NCBI GenBank assembly: GCA_020638285.1
Contig: JACKIV010000002.1
Coordinates: forward strand, 291,296-355,295
Source: Rhodospirillales bacterium
GTDB taxonomy: Bacteria; Pseudomonadota; Alphaproteobacteria; Micavibrionales; Micavibrionaceae
DNA length: 64,000 bases
Reading direction: 5' to 3'
The translations under genes and the position numbers were made by a program. Positions 19,573 to 27,686 of the stretch are shown in pieces. Position 1 is the first letter of the stretch, and each line of letters opens with the position of its first letter. Below the pieces are notes generated by a model, which searched no databases, was not told the origin of the DNA, and saw only the letters and a program-made list of their open reading frames with translations.

Positions 19573-19643
19573 AAGCCGTCAAAGGATTGACACAATTAGG
19601 AGAAATACTCAGACTCCTCGAAACTCTGTGGACGGATGACGTG

Positions 19644-20345
19644 ATGCCCCAGACCATTATTCTTGTAGATGACGACCGGAATATCCTGACCTCTGTGGCG
19701 ATGGCGCTGGAGGCCGAGGGTTTTGTGGTGAAAACCTTTAATGACGGCGAGGAGGGGCTCAAGGGCATTCTCGCAGAGCCGCCCGATCTTGTGATTCTGG
19801 ATATTAAAATGCCCCGGATGGACGGGATGGAGGTCTTGAGCCGTCTGCGCGAAAGCTCCGCCCTGCCGGTCATTTTCCTGACATCGAAAGACGACGAGGT
19901 GGACGAGATCGTAGGGCTGCGCATGGGCGCGGACGACTATATTACAAAGCCGTTTTCCCAGCGTCTGCTGATTGAGCGCATCCGCGCCCTGCTGCGTCGT
20001 CAGACCCTGAAAGCGCCCAAAAGCGAAGCAGAGGAATCAAGGAACAGAACCGTTCGCGGGCATCTGGAGATGGACGATTCACGCCATCAATGCACATGGA
20101 AAGGCCGTCCCGTTAATTTGACCGTGACGGAATATCTTCTGGTCAAGGCGCTGGCCCAGCGTCCCGGTCACGTTAAGAATCGCGACCAACTCATTGATAT
20201 GGCTTATGGAGAGAATATCTATGTGGATGATCGGACCATCGATTCCCATGTCAAACGCGTGCGAAAAAAATTCAAGGCCGTGGATCAGGAATTTTCTCAC
20301 ATTGAAACGCTCTACGGGGTCGGGTATCGGTATAAAGAGGATTGA
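19644..20345 (+). CDS. chvI: OmpR-family response regulator ChvI
   Basis: [14 protein letters not shown]..., [43 protein letters not shown]. Winged-helix C-terminus ([23 protein letters not shown]). Paired with a ChvG-like kinase downstream. Confidence 0.88.
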   Translation: MPQTIILVDDDRNILTSVAMALEAEGFVVKTFNDGEEGLKGILAEPPDLVILDIKMPRMDGMEVLSRLRESSALPVIFLTSKDDEVDEIVGLRMGADDYITKPFSQRLLIERIRALLRRQTLKAPKSEAEESRNRTVRGHLEMDDSRHQCTWKGRPVNLTVTEYLLVKALAQRPGHVKNRDQLIDMAYGENIYVDDRTIDSHVKRVRKKFKAVDQEFSHIETLYGVGYRYKED

Positions 20346-20360
20346 GTGTCTCCCTTATTG

Positions 20361-20394
20361 TGTCATTCCCCCGAAAGCGGGAACCGGTTCCCCA
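20361..20394. repeat. Copy of the 'CTGTCATYCCCGCGAAAGCGGG' extragenic repeat family
   Basis: tgtcattcccccgaaagcgggaaccggttcccc lies in the chvI-chvG spacer. It has an internal palindrome (cccgAAAgcggg). Related copies are at 37272-37349 (two, inverted) and 62476-62505. Confidence 0.75.
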
Positions 20395-20429
20395 GTGCGT
20401 TACCCGGTCTCTTCGGAGCATAATGGTCT

Positions 20430-22172
20430 GTGCAGAAAGATCCCTCGAAATCTCTTGTCCAACAGGTCACGCGCGCCTCGGCCCGGCGGCGGTGGCGCGG
20501 TGTGCGACGGCGCTTTACGGGGCTGACGATCCGCATTTTCGGGGTCAATGTCATTCCGTTGCTGATCTTGTGGGTCGGAATTTTATATCTGGGTCAGTAC
20601 AAGGAAAGCCTGATCCGCGCCGAGTTGGAAACGCTCAAGGCTCAAGCCCAGCTTTTCGCCGGAGCCATTGCCGAAGGGGCCGTTCGGCCCGTTCCCGTGA
20701 TGCCACGCGATCCCCCCGATTCCCGGATATATGGCCCTCTTTTGCCGCGCGAGCCCGAAGAGGTCGAGGCTCTGGCCCCGGATCTCTCCCGCCGGATGGT
20801 GCGCAGGCTCGGCGAGACGACCGAAAGCCGCACGCGCCTGTTTGACACGCAGGCCAGCATGATCGGGGATTCGTTCCAACTCGTGGGGCCTGGGGGCGTG
20901 GTTCAGGTGACCTCCCTGAAGGCGCCGCCGGATGATCGCTTTGATTTTTCAGACTTTATCGACTGGGCGGGCGAGATGATGGGGCGTTTCGTGCCCTTGA
21001 CGATTGATCTGCCGCCTTATCCGGTGTGTCAGGACAAAAAAGCCCGGACCTGCCCGGATGTTACGCGCGGACTGGACGGGCGGGTGAGTTCTTCGGCATG
21101 GAAAGATCCGGACGGGGGGATTTTACTGTCCGCCGCTGCGCCGGTTCAGAAAATCAAGCAGGTCATCGGCGTGGTTCTGCTGACCAAAAACGGACAGGAT
21201 ATCGAGGATGCCATGGTCCGGGTCCGGCGGGATTTCCTGCGCGTCTTTCTGGGCGCGTTGCTGATGACTTTCCTGCTGTCTTCGTATTTGTCTCGAGTGA
21301 TTGGAAAGCCTCTGCGGCGTCTGGCGGTGGCGGCGGAGGCCGTACGGCTTGGGCGGACGCGCGGGACCGAGATTCCGGATTTGAGCGGACGGCGGGATGA
21401 AATCGGCGAGCTGTCTTCGGCCCTGCGGGATATGACCGGGGCGCTCTGGGACCGGATGGACAGTATCGAAAGCTTTGCCGCCGACGTGGCACACGAGATC
21501 AAAAATCCGCTGACATCCCTGCGCAGCGCCGTGGAAACGGCGGCGAAAATCACCGATCCTGAAAAGCGCGACCAGCTTATGGCCATTGTTCTGGACGATG
21601 TGAAGCGACTTGATCGTCTCATCAGTGACATTTCGAGCGCTTCGCGTCTGGATGCCGAACTGTCGCGCGAAGAGCCGGAGCCAGTCGATCTGGGTGCATT
21701 GCTGGAGCGGATGTGTGACGCATTCCGGAAACCTCTGGCGAGAGCGGGATTGGAAGGCCTTGATGATACGGGCGGAATCCGGCTCGAAATTCCCGAAGGC
21801 GGGCCGGTTGTGGTTGCGGGAAATCAGGGACGTCTGGCCCAGGTTTTCCGGAATCTTCTAAGCAACGCCCTGTCTTTCTCGCCGCCCGAAGGCATCGTGA
21901 CGGTGCGGGTCTTGCGCGCGAAAGGGTCTGTGACGGTGCATGTAGACGATCAGGGTCCCGGCATTCCGGAAAATCGCCTTGAGAAGATCTTTGAGCGATT
22001 CTATACCGAGCGCCCGGCCCATGAGACATATGGCCAGCATTCCGGCCTTGGCCTGTCGATTGTGCGTCAGATTGTGGCGGCCCACGGCGGGACGATTCAT
22101 GCCGAGAATCTGCGCGATGAGGCTGGACAGGTCACGGGCGCGCGCTTCAGTGTTGTCCTGAATACGGTGTGA
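20430..22172 (+). CDS. chvG: Sensor histidine kinase ChvG/ExoS-like
   Basis: Basic N-terminus followed by TM1 (VIPLLILWVGILYLG), a periplasmic domain, TM2 with HAMP, the H-box FAADVAHEIKNPLTSLRSA, the N-box LLSNALSF, and G-boxes DDQGPGIP and GLGLSIVRQIV. GTG start. Confidence 0.88.
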   Translation: MQKDPSKSLVQQVTRASARRRWRGVRRRFTGLTIRIFGVNVIPLLILWVGILYLGQYKESLIRAELETLKAQAQLFAGAIAEGAVRPVPVMPRDPPDSRIYGPLLPREPEEVEALAPDLSRRMVRRLGETTESRTRLFDTQASMIGDSFQLVGPGGVVQVTSLKAPPDDRFDFSDFIDWAGEMMGRFVPLTIDLPPYPVCQDKKARTCPDVTRGLDGRVSSSAWKDPDGGILLSAAAPVQKIKQVIGVVLLTKNGQDIEDAMVRVRRDFLRVFLGALLMTFLLSSYLSRVIGKPLRRLAVAAEAVRLGRTRGTEIPDLSGRRDEIGELSSALRDMTGALWDRMDSIESFAADVAHEIKNPLTSLRSAVETAAKITDPEKRDQLMAIVLDDVKRLDRLISDISSASRLDAELSREEPEPVDLGALLERMCDAFRKPLARAGLEGLDDTGGIRLEIPEGGPVVVAGNQGRLAQVFRNLLSNALSFSPPEGIVTVRVLRAKGSVTVHVDDQGPGIPENRLEKIFERFYTERPAHETYGQHSGLGLSIVRQIVAAHGGTIHAENLRDEAGQVTGARFSVVLNTV

Positions 22173-22244
22173 CGGGCCTTTGACGCCGTACAGCCGCTTC
22201 CTAACCGTTCAAAAGCAAAACCTTTTTTGCCCCCTTCCTTGCAC

Positions 22245-22269
22245 CCTTTCTTCCATGCAGGAAGAAGGG
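22245..22269 (+). terminator. Strong hairpin downstream of chvG (possible terminator, no U-tract)
   Basis: cctttcttcc-atgca-ggaagaaggg forms a 10-bp stem (one G:U pair) about 70 nt after the chvG stop. No T-run follows, so its function is uncertain. Confidence 0.35.
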
Positions 22270-22520
22270 CGCTGTTCGGATAGATAAGGACGGTCACAGC
22301 GTTTCAATCCGTCTTGCGCTCACAAAACATGGGGATCGTTCTGTGGAAAAGCACGGGATAAGGGCGGGAGAGTCAAGGGATGAGTGTAGGTATTTGTTCT
22401 GAAAATATATAACATATTGTTTTAATTAAGTAAAAGGCGTCTCTTTTAATGTATTCTCCAAAAAGTTTCTGCATGCGGTGAAATGCGTCTTCAAAAGCCG
22501 AAAAAGTGCGGGCTTGCGTT

Positions 22521-22570
22521 GACGGCCCATCTATTCCCATGGTATCCCATAGATATCCATGGCGTCCCGT
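22521..22570 (+). promoter_or_regulatory. Five phased 10-bp direct repeats (MraZ-box-like operator) upstream of mraZ
   Basis: gacggCCCAT ctattCCCAT ggtatCCCAT agataTCCAT ggcgtCCCGT shows an exact 10-bp period. The reverse complement ATGGG resembles the TGGGN repeats bound by MraZ. A TTGACG hexamer sits at 22518. The array lies 82 nt upstream of the mraZ start. Confidence 0.6.
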
Positions 22571-22651
22571 TTTGAGTCGGGCGGGTGGTGCAGGATTTTT
22601 CGGAAGTCTTCAGATTTTCCCGATATTGACAGGGTTTCAGGCAGGCGCACC

Positions 22652-23107
22652 GTGGCTCTTTTTCTGTCCACATATGTCAATAAAATCGACAAGAAGGGGC
22701 GGATTTCCGTTCCTGCGCCTTTCCGCGCCGCGCTTTCGGGGCAGTCTTTTCAAGGTGTTGTCCTGTTCCGGGGACAGTCTCAGGCGTGTCTGGAAGGATT
22801 TGGACACGATTATATGGACGAGATCGGCGCGCGCCTCGATCGGTTCGACCTGTTTTCCGAAGAGCAGGACGAACTGGCCACCGCGATTTTTGCGCAGGCC
22901 GCGCCGCTTCCCTTTGATGGCGAGGGGCGGATCGTATTGCCGCCAGAGTTGATGGACCATGCGGGGATTTCCGCCGAGGCGGCCTTTGCCGGGATGGGCC
23001 GGAAGTTCCAGATCTGGGAGCCCGGCGCCCTGCGCGCCCGCGCCGATCAGGCCCGCGCCGCCATCCGCGCCAAGGGGCTGACCTTGCCCAGAGGAGAGGC
23101 CGCATGA
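22652..23107 (+). CDS. mraZ: Transcriptional regulator MraZ
   Basis: The GTG start gives MALFLSTYVNKIDKKGRISVPAPFR. The second SpoVT/AbrB-like half is present (FDGEGRIVLPPELMDHAGI). First gene of the dcw cluster. Confidence 0.9.
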   Translation: MALFLSTYVNKIDKKGRISVPAPFRAALSGQSFQGVVLFRGQSQACLEGFGHDYMDEIGARLDRFDLFSEEQDELATAIFAQAAPLPFDGEGRIVLPPELMDHAGISAEAAFAGMGRKFQIWEPGALRARADQARAAIRAKGLTLPRGEAA

Positions 23108-24060
23108 GCGCTGCTTTTGCCTCTGTTTCCTCGCCCCATATTCCAGTGATGCTGGACGAAGTTCTGGCTGCCTTGAATCCCCGGGCGGGCGAAATTTATG
23201 TGGACGGGACGCTGGGCGCTGGCGGATACAGCCGCGCGATTTTGAATGCGGCGGATTGCCGGGTTATCGGCATTGACCGCGATCCGTGGGCTGTTGAGCA
23301 TGCGCGCGGGTTGGGAATGGGAGAGCGTCTTATCATTCTTCAGGGCCGATTTGGTGATATGAAAACGATTCTGATCGATGCCGGATTCGATGCCGTCGAT
23401 GCTGTGATTCTGGATATTGGCGTGTCGTCCGTTCAACTGGATCAGGCCGAACGGGGTTTTTCCTTTCGGGCGGATGCGCCGCTGGATATGCGGATGGGGA
23501 CGAACGAAGACACGCCGACTGCTGCCGATATTGTAAACACGGCCCCGCAGACCGAACTGGAGCGCATCATCCGGGATTATGGAGAGGAGCGATTCGCGCG
23601 CAAGGTCGCGGCGGAAATCGTCCGGGTGCGTCGGGAAGCTCCTATCCTGACAACATTTGCGCTGGCGGATCTGGTTCGCCGGGTTGTGCGCCGCTCGCCC
23701 AAAGACCAGATCGACCCGGCCACCCGGACGTTTCAGGCCTTGCGCATCGCCGTGAACGACGAACTGGGCGAGCTGGAGCGGGCGCTGGAGGCCGCGCAGG
23801 CGCTTTTGAACCCCGGCGGGCGCTTGATTGTCGTAACATTCCACTCTCTTGAAGATGGGATCGTTAAAACATTTCTGCGTGAGCGGAGCGGTGCGGGGCC
23901 GTCCGGGTCGCGTCATCTGCCCGATCAGGTGCGCGCAGCGGCGACATTCTCCGTCCCTTTGCGCAAGCCGCTTGAGCCCTCGGCGGACGAGTGTTCCCGT
24001 AATCCCCGCGCTCGGTCTGCTCGTTTGCGCTGCGCCATTAAAATGGAGGCTCTCTCATGA
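23104..24060 (+). CDS. rsmH: 16S rRNA (cytosine1402-N4)-methyltransferase
   Basis: HIPVMLDEVL, YVDGTLGAGGYS, DGVILDIGVSSVQLD-type motif (DAVILDIGVSSVQLDQAERGFSF), TFHSLEDGIVK. Overlaps the mraZ stop. Confidence 0.93.
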   Translation: MSAAFASVSSPHIPVMLDEVLAALNPRAGEIYVDGTLGAGGYSRAILNAADCRVIGIDRDPWAVEHARGLGMGERLIILQGRFGDMKTILIDAGFDAVDAVILDIGVSSVQLDQAERGFSFRADAPLDMRMGTNEDTPTAADIVNTAPQTELERIIRDYGEERFARKVAAEIVRVRREAPILTTFALADLVRRVVRRSPKDQIDPATRTFQALRIAVNDELGELERALEAAQALLNPGGRLIVVTFHSLEDGIVKTFLRERSGAGPSGSRHLPDQVRAAATFSVPLRKPLEPSADECSRNPRARSARLRCAIKMEALS

Positions 24061-24428
24061 TTCGCCTGTCGACACTTTCGGGATATGGCTTGTCCGTGGC
24101 GGCGGCGGCGGCGTTGTTCTGGACCAGCCAGACGGTTCAAAAGGCTCAGGACCGGCTGGAAAAAGCCACGCATGAACTGGCGCGGGAGTCTGAATCCCTG
24201 CACGTCCTGCGCGCCGAATGGGATTACCTGAATCGCCCGGACCGGATCGAGATGCTGGCGCAGAAATATCTGGGCATGCAGCCCGCAGGGACAGGGGCCT
24301 TGATTGCGGATGCAGACGAAATTCCCCCCCCTGCTTTGGCAGAGACGGAGTTTTCCGGCTCCGGGCTGGACGCGGCGCAGGCCATTGCACTGGCTTCTAT
24401 CGCGCCCGCTGCGGGAGCGCGGCGATGA
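24057..24428 (+). CDS. ftsL: Cell division protein FtsL (alphaproteobacterial type)
   Basis: Single TM (GYGLSVAAAAALFW) followed by a coiled segment and LRAEWDYLNRPDRIEMLA. ATGA overlaps on both sides. Conserved position between rsmH and ftsI. Confidence 0.8.
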   Translation: MIRLSTLSGYGLSVAAAAALFWTSQTVQKAQDRLEKATHELARESESLHVLRAEWDYLNRPDRIEMLAQKYLGMQPAGTGALIADADEIPPPALAETEFSGSGLDAAQAIALASIAPAAGARR

Positions 24429-26239
24429 GTTTTGGCCCGTTCCGAAAATCAACGGTTCAGATCGTCGGGACGCGGCGCTGCGCTCTGGATCAGGCGCGGG
24501 GGCGGATGGTGGCCATCAGCGTTTTCTTTATGCTGGCGTGGATTCTGGTATCGGTCCGGGTGTTTGACCTGACGGTGATTCAGGGCGCGATGGCGCGCGC
24601 GGGAGTGGCGGAATCCGGCGGCGAGGAAGCCTTCAATCCTGAGATTGCGATGGGAAAGAGTCTCCGGGCTGATATCGTGGACCGCAATGGGGTGCTTTTG
24701 GCAACGTCCTTGCGGACGGCCTCTTTGTACGTGGATCAGATTCTGGTTCACGATCCGGCGGCTTTGGGCGCCTCTTTGCATAATGTTTTTCCCGATACGT
24801 CTGCGAAGGAATTTGAATCGCGTCTCAAAGGTCGCAAGCGCTTTGCATGGGTACGGCGGAACCTGACGCCGGACGAGCATTATAAGGTTCTGGAGCTTGG
24901 TGATCCGGGGCTGGATTTTCAGGAAGAACCTCGCCGGATTTATCCGCAAGGTGCTCTGGCTTCCCATATCGTCGGATATGGTGATGTGGATGGCGAAGGA
25001 CTGTCGGGGGTGGAGCGGGCGTTTGATGCCCGGCTTGCACGCGGGGGTGACCCGGTGCGGTTGTCGCTCGATATTCGGATTCAGCACGCTTTGCGCCGGG
25101 AAATCCAGACAGCCATGGAAGATTTTACCGCCAAGGGGGGCGTGGGCGTTGTTCTGGACGTGCGTACGGGCGAAATTCTGGGGGCGGTGTCTCTGCCCGA
25201 TTTCGATCCCCATCGCCCCGCCAAGGCGCCGGACAATGCCAAGCGCAACCGGGTGAGTCTGGATGTGTTTGAACTGGGCTCCGTCTTCAAGATTTTCTCG
25301 ACGGCGGCGGCTTTGGATCTGCGGGATGTGTCCATAGGACAGGAGTTCGACGCGACGAAACCTCTTCGGCGTTATGGCTTTACGATTTCCGATTACCATC
25401 CGGAGCGGCGCTTTATGACCGTTCCCGAGATTTTCATGCATTCCTCGAACATCGGGGCGGCTTTGATGGGCGAGGCGGTCGGAACGGACGATCTGAGGAC
25501 GTTTTATGGACAGCTGGGTTTGACCTCAAAAATGAATCTGGAAATTGCCGAGACAGGAACGCCCCTGTTGCCTGATCCGTGGCGGGATATTCACACCTTG
25601 ACGGCGTCTTATGGCTATGGAATCGCGGTCACGCCGCTGCAACTGGCGGCGGCGGTCTCGGCGATCGTGGGGAATGGGGTGTATGTCCCTCCGACTCTGC
25701 TGGCTATGGAAGAGGGAGAAAAGCCCGGATCCGGCCAAAAGATTATTTCGCCCGATACGGTCAGGGAAATGCGCGCGCTTATGCGGCTTGTGGTCACGGA
25801 CGGGACAGGGAGCAATGCTGAAGTGCCCGGATATCGGGTCGGGGGAAAGACCGGAACCGCCGAGATGTCCGCAGGCGGGGGGTATGACACCAGCCGTCTG
25901 ATTTCGTCTTTTGTCGGTGCGTTTCCGATTGACGATCCGCGTTATGTTATCTTTGTGGCGGTGGAGGAGCCCCATCCCAACACCCACAGCCATGGCTATG
26001 CCACAGGCGGATGGGTGGCCGCGCCCGCCGTCCGGCGGATCGTGATGTCCATGGGGGCGGCGTTGGGGTTGGATGTGGCGTTGAATGTTCCTGCGCAGGA
26101 TCTGTCCGAGTCCTTGCGCCGCTATGTCCATGAAAAGCCGAAAGCTTCGATTCTCGCGCCCGTTTCTTTTACGCCTGCTCCATCGGACGGTCCGGCGCCT
26201 GTTTTTGTCAAGGGGGAGGCGAATCTTGCCGCGAATTGA
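24425..26239 (+). CDS. ftsI: Peptidoglycan D,D-transpeptidase FtsI (PBP3)
   Basis: N-terminal TM and dimerisation domain. Transpeptidase motifs: SVFK (SxxK), SSN, KTGT. Start at ATG 24425 (MSFGPF), overlapping the ftsL stop. Confidence 0.9.
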   Translation: MSFGPFRKSTVQIVGTRRCALDQARGRMVAISVFFMLAWILVSVRVFDLTVIQGAMARAGVAESGGEEAFNPEIAMGKSLRADIVDRNGVLLATSLRTASLYVDQILVHDPAALGASLHNVFPDTSAKEFESRLKGRKRFAWVRRNLTPDEHYKVLELGDPGLDFQEEPRRIYPQGALASHIVGYGDVDGEGLSGVERAFDARLARGGDPVRLSLDIRIQHALRREIQTAMEDFTAKGGVGVVLDVRTGEILGAVSLPDFDPHRPAKAPDNAKRNRVSLDVFELGSVFKIFSTAAALDLRDVSIGQEFDATKPLRRYGFTISDYHPERRFMTVPEIFMHSSNIGAALMGEAVGTDDLRTFYGQLGLTSKMNLEIAETGTPLLPDPWRDIHTLTASYGYGIAVTPLQLAAAVSAIVGNGVYVPPTLLAMEEGEKPGSGQKIISPDTVREMRALMRLVVTDGTGSNAEVPGYRVGGKTGTAEMSAGGGYDTSRLISSFVGAFPIDDPRYVIFVAVEEPHPNTHSHGYATGGWVAAPAVRRIVMSMGAALGLDVALNVPAQDLSESLRRYVHEKPKASILAPVSFTPAPSDGPAPVFVKGEANLAAN

Positions 26240-27686
26240 TCTACCTGACTTCGGTGCTGAAATAGACATAACTGGACTTTCTGCCGATAGTCGCCACGTC
26301 GAGCCGGGTTTTTTGTTTGCCGCCTTGCCGGGAACAAAAGCCCATGGGCGCGCGTTTATTCCGGCGGCTCTGGCGGCGGGGGCCGGGGTTATTCTGGCCC
26401 CGCCTGGAACGGTTCTGCCACCACAGAGCGCGGCGCGCCTGATTACGGCCCCGAATCCTGAGCACCTGTTTTCCAAAATCGCAGCAGCATTTTACGCGAA
26501 CGCACAACCTGAAAAAATCGTGGCCGTCACGGGCACGAACGGCAAGACGTCTACCGTGTCGTTTTGTGCGCAACTTTGGGACGGGGCAGGCCTGCGCGCG
26601 GCGGCGCTGGGGACGCTGGGGGTGACCGGCAACATCGTGACCCGCGAAGGCTCCATGACCACGCCGGACACAGCCAGTTTGCATAAGATTTTGTCGGAGC
26701 TGGCCGAGGCAGGAGTGGAGCGTCTTGCGATGGAAGCTTCCAGCCACGGTCTGGCCCAGCATCGCATGGACGCGGTGACTCTCGCGGCGGCGGGGTTTAC
26801 GAATCTGACCCGCGACCATCTGGATTATCACGGGTCGATGGAGGCCTATTTTGCCGCGAAAACGCGCCTGTTTTCCGAAATTCTCCCCAAGGGCGGCGCA
26901 GCCGTTTTGAACGCAGACATAGAGGCGTTTGGCGCGCTTGAGTCTGTGTGTCTTGCGCGGGGACAACGGATATTTTCTTATGGGCAGGGCGGTCGGGATA
27001 TCGTTCTGAAAAAACTGACGCCAGATGCAAAGGGTTTGCGTCTGGCTCTGGACGTGCTGGGGCGGTCTTATGAATCGCTCGTCCCTGTGGCCGGGTTGTT
27101 TCAGGCAGAAAATATCCTGTGCGCTCTGGGGCTTGTTCTGGCAGATGACCCGGATCGGGTGGACGTGTTTCTGGAAAGACTTGAAGCTTTGTCCGCGCCG
27201 CCGGGCCGGGCTCAACGGGTGGGGGCTTTGCCGGGCGGCGCAGCGGTCTATGTTGATTATGCACACACACCTGATGGCCTTGAGACTATTCTCAAATCCC
27301 TGCGCGCGCATACGTCGGGGCGGCTGGTGTGTGTGTTTGGATGCGGGGGCGATCGCGACGCCGGAAAGCGGCCCCTGATGGGCGTGATCGCGGCGCGCGG
27401 GGCCGATTTATGCATCATCACGGACGACAATCCGCGCACCGAAGATCCCGCGAAAATCCGGGCGGAGATTCGGGCGGCCACCCCCGGCGCGCTTGAGATC
27501 GGTGATCGGCGGACGGCCATCCGTCATGCGGTGTCGATTCTGCAACCCGGAGACGTTCTGGTGATTGCCGGAAAAGGGCATGAGCGTGGCCAGATTATCG
27601 GCACGCGCACCGAACCCTTCGACGATGTGGAAGAAGCGCTTGCCGCCCTTGAGAGCAGGATCGCAGAAAAGGAATTGGCGTTATGA
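26226..27686 (+). CDS. murE: UDP-MurNAc-L-Ala-D-Glu:meso-DAP ligase
   Basis: ITGLSADSRHVEPGFLFAAL, P-loop VTGTNGKTST, MEASSHGL, NLTRDHLDYH, and the DNPR motif (ITDDNPRTEDP) diagnostic of DAP-adding MurE. The start is uncertain (TTG 26226 chosen; about 486 aa). Confidence 0.88.
   Translation: MPRIDLPDFGAEIDITGLSADSRHVEPGFLFAALPGTKAHGRAFIPAALAAGAGVILAPPGTVLPPQSAARLITAPNPEHLFSKIAAAFYANAQPEKIVAVTGTNGKTSTVSFCAQLWDGAGLRAAALGTLGVTGNIVTREGSMTTPDTASLHKILSELAEAGVERLAMEASSHGLAQHRMDAVTLAAAGFTNLTRDHLDYHGSMEAYFAAKTRLFSEILPKGGAAVLNADIEAFGALESVCLARGQRIFSYGQGGRDIVLKKLTPDAKGLRLALDVLGRSYESLVPVAGLFQAENILCALGLVLADDPDRVDVFLERLEALSAPPGRAQRVGALPGGAAVYVDYAHTPDGLETILKSLRAHTSGRLVCVFGCGGDRDAGKRPLMGVIAARGADLCIITDDNPRTEDPAKIRAEIRAATPGALEIGDRRTAIRHAVSILQPGDVLVIAGKGHERGQIIGTRTEPFDDVEEALAALESRIAEKELAL

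Noticed and set aside
24449-27311. Minus-strand ORFs of 330, 316 and 356 aa opposite ftsI and murE
   Set aside because: Antisense shadows of GC-rich dcw genes, with no motifs.
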